Positions 44,642 to 53,647 of a stretch of DNA of 64,000 bases are shown here, in pieces. The stretch's first letter is position 1. The number at the start of each line of letters is the position of its first letter. Under the pieces are notes generated by a model, which did not search any database, had not been told where the DNA came from, and worked only from the letters and a program-made list of their open reading frames with translations. A program made the translations under genes and the position numbers. Origin of the DNA: an uncultured delta proteobacterium (GTDB taxonomy: Bacteria > Myxococcota_A > Polyangia > Fen-1088); the NCBI GenBank assembly GCA_963737265.1, contig CAVTRY010000014.1:320001-384000 (forward strand), in the 5' to 3' direction.

Positions 44642-45220
44642 GGGTGCTTCCCTGAAATGGGGGCTGGGGCTTCACCTCGCCCCGCGCAGGTGGGAATCGG
44701 AGGGAAAAACAGGGAGGAACGGAGGACCAGAGGAATCACGGGTTGGGTTGACGAGGCGGCGGAGACCCTCGCGAAGTACGGGGACGTGGAAATTGACGAG
44801 CAGGCCCACCGGCAGTCGTAGGAGCTTGAGATAGGTAATGACTGTGCCAAGTGGACAGGAAGCAACTGCTCTACCGCCTTGACTTCGACGACCAAACGGC
44901 CTTCCACCATGAGGTCGAGGCGATAGCCGCAGTCGAGGTCAATGCCTTTGTACTGCAGAGGAATCGCGACCTGACGTTGCGTGCGAAATCCACGCAGGCC
45001 TAGCTCGCGCGCCAGGCAGTGCTCGTAGGCCGACTCAAGCAGCCCGGGACCGAGGTGACGGTGGACTTCGATGCAGGCGGCGATAATTTGCCCAGTAAAG
45101 TCATCCTGTCTCTGTTTCTCCGTTCCTCGCTGTTCCATATCTGCGTTTTCGGCGGCACTCCGCCAGAAGTTGCTACCTCACCGAGCCCCCGGCTGGGGCC
45201 CCCGTTTCAGGGAGGCACCC
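44642..45220. mobile_element. 579-bp TIR element carrying GxxExxY gene
   Basis: 22-bp TIR GGGTGCTTCCCTGAAATGGGGG / CCCCCGTTTCAGGGAGGCACCC (20/22); direct repeat CCGGGACTG at 44633 and 45221. Confidence 0.8.
44672..45138 (-). pseudogene. GxxExxY protein (PD-(D/E)XK-like), copy 1, frameshifted
   Basis: LGPGLLESAY, RLDLMVE..VVEVK; one base missing after HLAQ (YLKL..GLLVNF in another frame). Confidence 0.85.
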
Positions 45221-45319
45221 CCGGGACTGGGACGACTTGGCTGCGGAGGCTGGAGTGTGCTGAGCCCAGCGCCGCGAGAGACTCGTTTCAGTTGGTTGAC
45301 TGATCTGGCTGGCTAATGG

Positions 45320-46759
45320 CTATTGCTTGAGCGTAGCACCTTCTGCCTTCTCCCAATCTGAAAGGTCGGCGCACTCCTCCGGCTTGCTATTGCACTTGGT
45401 ACGTGTGCACATGACCTTCCTCGTTGGATAGATGCAGACGGAACGAATGGCGCTGCCTGGCCGTTCGACCACACCGACGCTCGTGTTGACGTCGGAGGCC
45501 TCCAGGTCCACCTGCGGGTCGTTGTAGTTGAGCTCGGTGTTCCGACCCAATATCTCCCGATAGTCGCCAAGACGGCCGCAACCGATTGTCACGGAAAATG
45601 CGTTCCAGCGAACGGTTGGAAGGCCGTATCCGTTTAAACCCGACGATGACAAATCTTCCCATCGACCGTCCCACCCGAAGACGAGATCGCCTAGTCCGTC
45701 GCCGTTAATATCCCCCGCCCAAACGATCCTTCCGTCACGCTCTCCGGTCGGATTGCCCTTCCATGCCGTCGTTCCAGTGAGATCCCAGGCCGGCAGGCCA
45801 CGATCCTCGTCCGGCGGGTGGCTTGAACACCAAGCCAGGGTTTGGGCGCGCAGCTTCGACTGAGCCGCTCGCGCAGCAATCGCGTTCCTGCGTGCCTCGT
45901 TGGCCGTGGCACATTTTGTTGCCCCCAGGCTGCATGGGCCTCCGCAGAGAGCGCGGTTGAAGGCCGTACCGGTTGAATCGGGCGTGGGCAGCCCGCTGAG
46001 ACCTTTGACACACAAGGCGTCGTCGCCGCGATGATAGTTGACCATGGCCTCATCGTTGGTAAGGGCTTCGGCAACGTCCGAGGTAATTTCCTTGCCGCAG
46101 ACGCGGCGGTACTTGGTGATCAGGCGCAGGGCGCTGTCGCGAAAGGCGGCCTTGTCCAATTTTGTGACGAGCTCTCGAGCCTTTTTGAAATCGCACGACA
46201 CTGCCTGCTCGGAATCGCGGTCCTCCACCGTCCTGTCTCGGTTTTGGGCGCGTCTGACGTCGTCTTCAATTTCCTTCTGGCGCTTCTTGACTCCGAACTC
46301 ACAGCAAGACATGCAGGCCGCCTTTTTGCAGTCGCCCCCACAATATCCAAACGAGTCGTTGATCTCCTCGTCTGGGCCCCCATTCCCAACCACGAGCATG
46401 CTCCGCTCTGTGACACGGCGGCAGCCTTCGAAATCGGTAGGATCCTTCTTCAGGTACTGCCTAACAATGTAAAGGAGCGTCCGATGCTGGTCACTGATGC
46501 TGACCCTACCCCTGCAAAGTTCCAGCTCGTGCTCGTAGGAACGAATCGTGTCGTCTGTCTTGACCGACGCGGCCTTGTCCTCGCCACGACTTAGGATCTG
46601 CTTGTACGTACACTCCGGGTCTTCCGCCGCCGCCGTTTTGGCCACCCCCGCGCAGGCGCAAACGACCGCGAGCGACAGCCACCAGCGGCGGGATGTCGGC
46701 GCGGCGTCGCCGCACGTTCTATTTATCGAAAGGTCCTCTCGGACAAACCAGCCAAACAT
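45320..46759 (-). CDS. hypothetical secreted Cys-rich protein
   Basis: Signal-like hydrophobic N-terminus, many Cys, FG-GAP/EF-hand-like GDINGDGLGDL. Confidence 0.7.
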   Translation of the reverse strand: MFGWFVREDLSINRTCGDAAPTSRRWWLSLAVVCACAGVAKTAAAEDPECTYKQILSRGEDKAASVKTDDTIRSYEHELELCRGRVSISDQHRTLLYIVRQYLKKDPTDFEGCRRVTERSMLVVGNGGPDEEINDSFGYCGGDCKKAACMSCCEFGVKKRQKEIEDDVRRAQNRDRTVEDRDSEQAVSCDFKKARELVTKLDKAAFRDSALRLITKYRRVCGKEITSDVAEALTNDEAMVNYHRGDDALCVKGLSGLPTPDSTGTAFNRALCGGPCSLGATKCATANEARRNAIAARAAQSKLRAQTLAWCSSHPPDEDRGLPAWDLTGTTAWKGNPTGERDGRIVWAGDINGDGLGDLVFGWDGRWEDLSSSGLNGYGLPTVRWNAFSVTIGCGRLGDYREILGRNTELNYNDPQVDLEASDVNTSVGVVERPGSAIRSVCIYPTRKVMCTRTKCNSKPEECADLSDWEKAEGATLKQ

Positions 46760-46915
46760 GCCAACGGTCTGCCTGGCAGTCGGAAATCTGTCAAGCAGGC
46801 ATCGCGAGGCGTGCAACCGCAGCTTCCCAGCGATGCTGTGGTCGGTGGTGCTTGCCTGGCCTCCGGGTAGGCGTTCCCCAGCGATCGGGTGGAACCGAAA
46901 AGCGTTTTGGATCGG

Positions 46916-47029
46916 CTACGGTTTGTACTCGTCTGCCCCGCAGTCGCAGGCCGTGCCTTGCGGGCGGGTGTTGCCGTCGATGTCGTCGGGCGGGCAGGTA
47001 TTGCCGCCGGCGTTCACACAGGGCGATGT
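46916..47029 (-). pseudogene. C-terminal fragment of a choice-of-anchor Q-like domain
   Basis: SPCVNAG...DIDGNTRPQG..CDCGADEY*, cut by the oriIS-like end at 47030. Confidence 0.65.
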
Positions 47030-47438
47030 GACCATAGGCATTTCGAAGGGGTGTTTTGAGCGTCGGAGAACCCTGCCGGACCGCATCAGGTCGGCCCTGA
47101 TCACGTTGGCGCAGCCTGGTCGAGGTGCCGTCAGTTCAGCCAGTCTCCGCCCTCGCCACCAGATTGCGAGGGAGGCGGCCGTGCGGGCCAGAGCTTGGGC
47201 GCCTCGATGGGTAGCCCCATGGCAGAGAGAATCTTTTTGATGGTGTCCTCGGTCTCGATCATGGCGATGAGGCGCAGCGGGCTCTTGGCAGCACGGGCAG
47301 ATCGTGTCGATGTCGAATGTCTTTTTTAGGAGCTGGCTCCAAGAAATATAGTGTGAAAGGAGCAGTGAAGGCTTGTCGTTTTCCTCGGGCGTGGCCGCGG
47401 CCGGGACTGGGGTGCTTCCCTGAAATGGGGGCTGGGGC

Positions 47439-47905
47439 TTCACCTCGCCCCGCGCAGGTGGGATCGGAGGGAAAAACAGGGAGGAACGGAGGACCAGAGG
47501 GATCATGGGTTGGGTTGACGAGGCGGCGGAGACCCTCGCAAAGTACGGGGACGTGGAAATTGACGAGCAGGCCCACCGGCAGTCGTAGGAGCTTGAGATA
47601 GGTAATGACTGTGCCAAGTGGACAGGAAGCAACTGCTCTACCGCCTTGACTTCGACGACCAAACGGCCTTCCACCATGAGGTCGAGGCGATAGCCGCAGT
47701 CGAGGTCAATGCCTTTGTACTGCAGAGGAATCGCGACCTGACGTTGCGTGCGAAATCCACGCAGGCCTAGCTCGCGCGCCAGGCAGTGCTCGTAGGCCGA
47801 CTCAAGCAGCCCGGGACCGAGGTGACGGTGGACTTCGATGCAGGCGGCGATAATTTGCCCAGTAAAGTCATCCTGTCTCTGTTTCTCCGTTCCTCGCTGT
47901 TCCAT
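47439..47905 (-). pseudogene. GxxExxY protein, copy 2, same frameshift
   Basis: Near-identical to copy 1. Confidence 0.85.
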
Positions 47906-47962
47906 ATCTGCGTTTTCGGCGGCACTCCGCCAGAAGTTGCTACCTCACCGAGCCCCCGGCTG

Positions 47963-48010
47963 GGGCCAACCCACCCAACCCCTGCCCCACGCGGCTTCGC
48001 CGCGCCCGTC
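47963..48010 (-). repeat. GAA-hairpin/G-tract micro-element
   Basis: Minus strand GACGGGCGCGGCGAAGCCGCGTGGGGCAGGGGTTGGGTGGGTTGGCCC after codons SDG. Confidence 0.75.
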
Positions 48011-48363
48011 GCCATCGGACCACGGGCGCTTGAACTCCAGCCTCACGTGACCGTCGTCGAGGATCTCTGAGGCGGTCGTTGGCGAGGGGCGGGCGCAAGA
48101 TGTACTTGCACAGGTTCTCGCGACCCTTGTTGTCGTTGGCGGCGACTTTGGTCTGAGCATGGAGGTTGAACCCTGCGTGCTGGCCGCATAGCCTGCCCTT
48201 GGCCATGGGCGTGGCGTCGGGGTCGAGCACGATGCGCACAGGCGCCCGCTTGTGCGCGCGGGCCGGCGGGCGACGCCCCGGCGGTGGCTGCTGCCAACAA
48301 GCGGGCCAGGAGCGGGTCTTTCTCGCCCATGGTTTCGTCGGTGACGACGGTGACTTCACCGTC

Positions 48364-48430
48364 TCCCCCTTCGGGGACTTCGGGACCTACCCCTCCACCT
48401 ACCCACCCCACGCGCTTCGCGCGTGCCCTC
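48364..48430 (-). repeat. GAA-hairpin/G-tract micro-element (67 bp)
   Basis: Interrupts TAPG|DGEV; stem CACGCGC-GAA-GCGCGTG plus a second TCCCC-GAA-GGGG hairpin. Confidence 0.75.
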
Positions 48431-48807
48431 GCCTGGCGCGGTGACGAGGGTGATGACGCCGCGACGCTTTAGGAAGCGGAGGATGCGCTTACTGGTGCGC
48501 TCGACGATGGCAAGGACGTCCTCTTGGGTAAGTTCCGGCGCCGGGTGGAAGATGGGGGAACCGCCGTCGCGGCGAGGGGCGTACGCGCCATCGAGCTGGA
48601 GGACATGAAAATGCGGTGAGAGACGCAGGTCGCTGTTGGCGCGCTGGACGACGGTGACGGCGCCACACTCGCCGTCGGCAATCCCCCGATCTGCCAGGCG
48701 CTTGCGATAGCTCGACGCTACGGTGTCGATGAAGATGCGCAGGACTTGGCCGAGTAGTTTTCCGTCGAAGGCCAACGGAAATCTCAGCGAGAAGGGCAGC
48801 GTAACTA

Positions 48808-48856
48808 GGGCCTGCCCGCCCTGCCCCTGCCCCACGCGGCTTCGCCGCGCCCGTCG
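48808..48856 (-). repeat. GAA-hairpin/G-tract micro-element (49 bp)
   Basis: Removing it restores RQFVVTLPF. Confidence 0.78.
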
Positions 48857-49047
48857 CGAATTGCCGGATAGGCACTTCGGGCAGCACGTGGTCGACCAGA
48901 GACAACGCGCCCGCGTTCATGCGTCTGCCGCCGCAGCTCGGACAGAAGCCGCGACCTTTGCAGCTCCAGGCCACCGCATACCGCTGGTGGCAGGTCTTAC
49001 AAGCAGGTCTTACACAAAAGTTGCGCGAAGCCGTGAGTGTGGACGTA

Positions 49048-51321
49048 CTACGACTCCTTTCTTGGGCCGCCGATCATTTGGTCAAACAGGTCGCGCTGGC
49101 GTCCGCAAGTAGCGGAAGATACATCGATTCTCCAGCACTCACGCTTGCCTATTTGGGTGCGCATGGCTTGAAGGTTCCCTTGTTTGACCAAATAGACGAC
49201 GTGCGATTTTCCCAGTCCCAGGCGGCGAGCTGCCTCGCTCACCCCTACCCAACCCGCAGGGGCCTCGCCGCCGGCGAGCTTCCGGCGAACCTCTTCGGTG
49301 AGCACGATACTCCAAGGCGCGCCGGACACCGACTGGTGTCCGGCCAGCACGCCATCGCGAAGCCACCGCTGGACGGTGCCAACGGCGACGCCGAGCTCGC
49401 TGGCTGTCTGGTCGAGAGTGAACGGACCTTCGCGATCATCGCGAGCCCGCTTCTTCGGCGCCGCGGGGATCTTGTTCTTGCCACGAAGCGAGCCCACGCT
49501 CTCCTTCGTAAACGCCCGCCCCAGGCCACTGCGCCTGCGCTGGCGATTGAGAATCCGGGCGATCTGCGAGTCGTCGAATTCCTGCGCCAACTGCCGCACA
49601 AGCTCAACGGTATCCAGCGGTGTTGCCGTGGCGCCGCCAGGGCTCGCCAGGCGTAACACTTCTCGCTCGGTGGTTGCGCCGCCCTTCCACACGATCCGGA
49701 CCAGGTATCGCTTCTGCTCCGTGCGGATCTGCACTTCTTCGATCACGGATCGCAGGAGCCGCTTTCGATCCCGCATCTTGGTGTTTTCGGCTTGCCAGAC
49801 TTCGTCGAGGTTCCGGCCGAGCTTCTCGGCCCGGGCCAACTCCGCAGTGCTCAGCGGCCGTCGGTGGTCCAGCGCCTGCGCGGCTTTCGTCCGCACTGTC
49901 TCCAACTCTTCGAGCCGCTGGTTCCAGCGTCGCTCAAGCTCCCGGGCGACGGTGCGATTCTCCGGGTCAGTCGCCATGTATTGCCGCTCGGCCAGACGAG
50001 CCTCGTACTCGGCCTTCTCGATTTGTAGCTGCCACAACTTCTCAGTTGCTGCGATCTCGCCGCGCAGTTGCTGGTCGGCCAACACTGCCGCCGTCGATCC
50101 CGCGCTCTTCGTCACCTCGAGAAATGTTGCCACCACCACCGCCTCGATCCGCTTACCGCCTACGAGCTGGCACTCCTTGCGGCCATACTCGCCCGGCCAG
50201 CGACATCGGTACTGAAGCGTCCGCTTGGCCTTCGCGCCGCCATAGCCGACAAACATCCGCCGCCCGCAGTGCCCGCAGCGCGCGAGCCCCGGCAGAAGCC
50301 CTTGTCCTTCGCGCGCGGCTCCGCTGTGGCTCTCGTCTTTGCTCGCTTTCATCATCTCGTTGTTCTCTATGCGCGCCTGGTTGGCGAGGTACTTGTCAAA
50401 CGTAATGTACCCCGGATGGTGATCCTTTATCAGCACGGGCCACTCGTCCAGACCGCGTCTCTGACCACGTCGTATCACCACCCGGTGTGGATTGTCCGGT
50501 TCCAACTCTCGCCGGGTTTCGCTCCGGCCAAACACATAGGCCCCCGCGTAGAACGGATGGTGCAGCGTCGACAGGATCGCCCGGTATTTCACCTCCGTCC
50601 ACACCACGAGACCGCCACCGACGCCCAGCCGCCGCACCGGGAAGGGTAGCCCTTGTGCGTGCCACCACGCCAGCACCTGGCGCGCGGTCCCCACCTCATC
50701 GAACTTGTCGAATACCCGGCGGATAGCATCGGCGACCGCCTGGTCGCTGGTGATGCTCAAGCGTCCGAGCTCGTCGAGGTCGTATCCGGATGGCACCATG
50801 GTGAACACTTCCCCGCGGCGAGCCTTGTTCCAGCGAGCCTCCACCATACGGTGGACGGAATTGTCTCGCTCGATCTCGCTGACTTGGCCCCGAATTCCCA
50901 GCACCATGCGGTCAGCGCCGGCGCTTGGGTCGCAGATGCCCTGCTCGTCGGCAATAAGAGTCCCTGTCCAACGGCAGAGATGAACCAGATGATACCAATC
51001 GGCATCGTTGCGCGAAAGCCGCGAGACCTCCAAGCTCATCACGATTCCGACCTCGCTGCGAGCTACCGCCGATATGAGTCGAGCGAAGCCAGGGCGTGAT
51101 TCCGGCGTCGCCCCGCTCTTGCCTTGATCCTCATCGACCACCACCACCTGTTGCTCGTTCCAGCCCATGGCTCGCGCTTGCTCGGCGAAGCCGTGCTGTC
51201 GCTTTTGGCTCTCAAGGTTTTCGCGCACCTGTTTGAGCGACGATTGTCTGATGTACACGAACGCTGCGCGCTCGTGGTGTTCCGGTCGAATCTTGGATCG
51301 GTCGAGGTTGTAGATGCTCAT
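49048..51321 (-). CDS. large serine recombinase with zinc ribbon, coiled coil and C-terminal HTHs
   Basis: YIRQSS catalytic Ser, DQGKSG, EVSRLSR, CGHCGRRM; 757 aa intact. Confidence 0.93.
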   Translation of the reverse strand: MSIYNLDRSKIRPEHHERAAFVYIRQSSLKQVRENLESQKRQHGFAEQARAMGWNEQQVVVVDEDQGKSGATPESRPGFARLISAVARSEVGIVMSLEVSRLSRNDADWYHLVHLCRWTGTLIADEQGICDPSAGADRMVLGIRGQVSEIERDNSVHRMVEARWNKARRGEVFTMVPSGYDLDELGRLSITSDQAVADAIRRVFDKFDEVGTARQVLAWWHAQGLPFPVRRLGVGGGLVVWTEVKYRAILSTLHHPFYAGAYVFGRSETRRELEPDNPHRVVIRRGQRRGLDEWPVLIKDHHPGYITFDKYLANQARIENNEMMKASKDESHSGAAREGQGLLPGLARCGHCGRRMFVGYGGAKAKRTLQYRCRWPGEYGRKECQLVGGKRIEAVVVATFLEVTKSAGSTAAVLADQQLRGEIAATEKLWQLQIEKAEYEARLAERQYMATDPENRTVARELERRWNQRLEELETVRTKAAQALDHRRPLSTAELARAEKLGRNLDEVWQAENTKMRDRKRLLRSVIEEVQIRTEQKRYLVRIVWKGGATTEREVLRLASPGGATATPLDTVELVRQLAQEFDDSQIARILNRQRRRSGLGRAFTKESVGSLRGKNKIPAAPKKRARDDREGPFTLDQTASELGVAVGTVQRWLRDGVLAGHQSVSGAPWSIVLTEEVRRKLAGGEAPAGWVGVSEAARRLGLGKSHVVYLVKQGNLQAMRTQIGKRECWRIDVSSATCGRQRDLFDQMIGGPRKES

Positions 51322-51494
51322 GGCCTGTTTCCTTCTTTCTTCTGCTCCCTCTTCGATCGAGCCTGAGCCACGCGCGCGATCAGTCGCGCCATCTGCTCGA
51401 TCACCGCTTGCCGCTCTCCCTCTGGCAACCGCTGTCAGAGCACGGCAAGATTGTCCCTGCGAAAATCAAGCGACACCTGTCTCTGCATGGGCAT
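51318..51494 (-). pseudogene. small recombinase-associated ORF with internal TGA
   Basis: MPMQRQVSLDF...VL*QRLPEGERQAVIEQMARLI; GAAGGAGG RBS; ATGA coupling to the recombinase. Confidence 0.6.
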
Positions 51495-51542
51495 GGCCCT
51501 CCTTCACCGCCCACATGCCAGCACACCCAGAGCACGGAAGCT

Positions 51543-51854
51543 TCAACCTTGATGTCGTCGCTGAAGCGCAGTCACTAGATCCGCCAACTCTCGGATCGCA
51601 TCGACGGTGAAAACGGTCGATGCCTGCTCGGCGAGATCACCGGGACCGTCTGCGTCCGTCCATGCCCGCGGCATGAGCATGGGCGGGCCTCCCGGCAAGC
51701 GCACAACGATCTGGCGCCGTCCACCGCGCAGCACCTCCAGCTTCTGCCCCGCGAGCGGATGGTGCCGCCGCGTGATCTTCACCTCGGTCGGTGTCGGCGT
51801 AGTGAAGTGATTGTACCGATTGTGTTGTTGCCTACCCCCGCGCGAGGATGCCAC
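51543..51854 (-). CDS. y4bD/y4pK (DUF5372)-like protein; true start probably downstream of 51839
   Basis: VKITRRHHPLAGQKLEV...MPRAWTD pattern. Confidence 0.65.
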   Translation of the reverse strand: MASSRGGRQQHNRYNHFTTPTPTEVKITRRHHPLAGQKLEVLRGGRRQIVVRLPGGPPMLMPRAWTDADGPGDLAEQASTVFTVDAIRELADLVTALQRRHQG

Positions 51855-52157
51855 CGTCGGTCACGAAGCTGGGCAGCGTGCGGCCGTCGGACTTGTCGGT
51901 CCACTCTTGCTCGAAGGTCAGAAGGTGTTGCTGGAGCACCTGGAAGAGCGCGGTCTTCTCAGGCTCCCGGCGGGCATAGGTGTAGCCGGTCGCAGGTTTT
52001 GCGCATGCTGCTGCCTCCACGAAGGAGGATGTCGGTCAGCGGGTCACGGAAGTTGCTTGAGCACGCCCTCAAGAGGTGTCTCAAAATGGGGTGAGCCAGT
52101 GCCAAGTCCCTCGGCTGGGAGCGAGGCCGGGAATCTCCTCGTGAGGGCCCAGCCCTG

Positions 52158-52880
52158 TTGCAAGGACGCACGATCTGCGGACTCTGCGGCTGCCGAATGC
52201 GCGTTCACTACAACACTCGACGCACGGGTCAGCTCATCCCCAATTATGTCTGCTCCGGGCACGGCCGTCTCCTTGGCGACGGCTCATGCCAGAGCATTCT
52301 GGGAACGGAAATCGATGCAGCCGTCAGCAAGTTACTCGTCGAGGCCGTGACACCGATGGCGCTGGAAATGACCCTCGCCATCCAGCAGGAGATCACCCAG
52401 CGCGAGCGCAAGCGCATGCTGGCGCTTTTGATCGAAGACATCACACTGATCAAGCGGCGCGAAATCACCGTCGCGATCCGTTTCCGTGGCGGAGCGACCA
52501 CTACCTTGACATTGCCTCGTCCACTCACGCCCCAGCAACTGCGTGCCACACAACCCGAAGTCCGCCAGCAGATCGACGCTCTCCTCGACGAGTATACCGA
52601 CGCTCAGGTCGCCAACCAACTCAACAAGCAACAGATGCGCACCGGCACTGGCGAATCCTTCGATACAGTCAGCGTCCAGTGGGTACGCTTCTCAGCCAAG
52701 CTCAAGAGCCTCAAGGAACGGCTCCTCGAAGCTGGCTGGCTGACAAGTAAACAGGTCGCTGCCCAGCTCGGCGTCAGCCTCTCGACCGTCAGCAGTTTGC
52801 GCAACAAAGGGCGCCTCAAGGGACGTATATGCAGCGACAAAGGCGAGTGGCTATACTGGCCAGGGTGGCCCATTGGTACC
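52158..52880 (+). pseudogene. C-terminal fragment of a second serine recombinase
   Basis: CGLCGCRM zinc ribbon, RKRMLALLIEDITL, IRFRGGAT; catalytic domain absent. Confidence 0.8.
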
Positions 52881-52899
52881 AGCAGCATTCCGTCGTCGT

Positions 52900-53085
52900 T
52901 CGATCCGGTGCATCGAGGACGGCCTGCATCTGTGAGGAGGCATAATGGAGGAAGGAGCGCACGGCCACCAGGCGGAGGTTGCGCGCGCGCGCGGAGTTGC
53001 CACGCTCCTTCTGAAGCTGGTCGAGAAAGCCGAGGATGACCGGCGCGTCCTTTCTGTAATTGACGTAATGCTTCTTACCGGACAT
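52900..53085 (-). pseudogene. tyrosine integrase fragment
   Basis: ILGFLDQLQKERGNSARARNLRLVAVRSFLHYA (SAM-like core-binding segment). Confidence 0.65.
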
Positions 53086-53647
53086 TTGCTAGCAGATGGG
53101 CTTCGGTGAATGGAAAATGGCGTTTGAACGGACTAGTGATGCCTGGAGGTACCCATGAAACCATAAGGTGAAAATCCTGAAGCGGTAGAAGGTCGAAGCC
53201 GCATAGCTTGGGTGGCGCCGAGTAGGGAAATCCTGGCGGCGAAGCCCACCGACAAAGCCCCGCATGGCGGGGTGAGCAAGTGCACGGGCCGTAACGACGA
53301 GTGAACGTCCGGACGAGGCCCCGAGAATAAGAAACCCCGGGTGCCGAGCTGGCCAAGTAGGGGCGAAGGCAGTAGGTGACTCCAAACGCGATCTGCGGAG
53401 GCACCGCCCGGCGGGGTAAAGGACGGCAGCACGCGCTCAAGGTCATGGGAGAAAACAGGGAAGGGCTCCTCGCCCCGTGGAGAAAGCCCACGGAAGCAAG
53501 GTAGCCGCGCGAGCCGGAAGGCGAAGTGCGGTGAAGGCGAGAGCCTGACGGATGGGTCCGTATGAGCGATGAAGCGGGGTAACGCCCGCCGAGCAAAGGG
53601 GCCCTGCCGAAGGCAATCGGAGCAATGAAGCGAGGCAAGAGCGGGAT

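Larger units (their letters stand above)
44178..45275 (-). mobile_element. partial copy of IS91/ISCR-like element (oriIS-like end plus transposase 3' fragment)
   Basis: Minus strand ends CTTCGAAATGCCTATGGTC; near-identical to 47030-47967; C-terminal WSQLLKKTF..CPCC..PARPPP. Confidence 0.8.
47030..52020 (-). mobile_element. decayed IS91/ISCR-family element with multiply interrupted Y2 transposase
   Basis: N-terminus YARREPEKTAL at 52020; CKGRGFCPSCGGRRM zinc domain; SPHFH HUH motif; LCKYILRPP; KRPWSDG; stop at 47131; oriIS-like end at 47030. Confidence 0.88.

Noticed and set aside
52073-52091. GAGGTGTCTCAAAATGGGG as terIS or a MITE end
   Set aside because: Only weakly similar to the 44642 TIR and no partner end found
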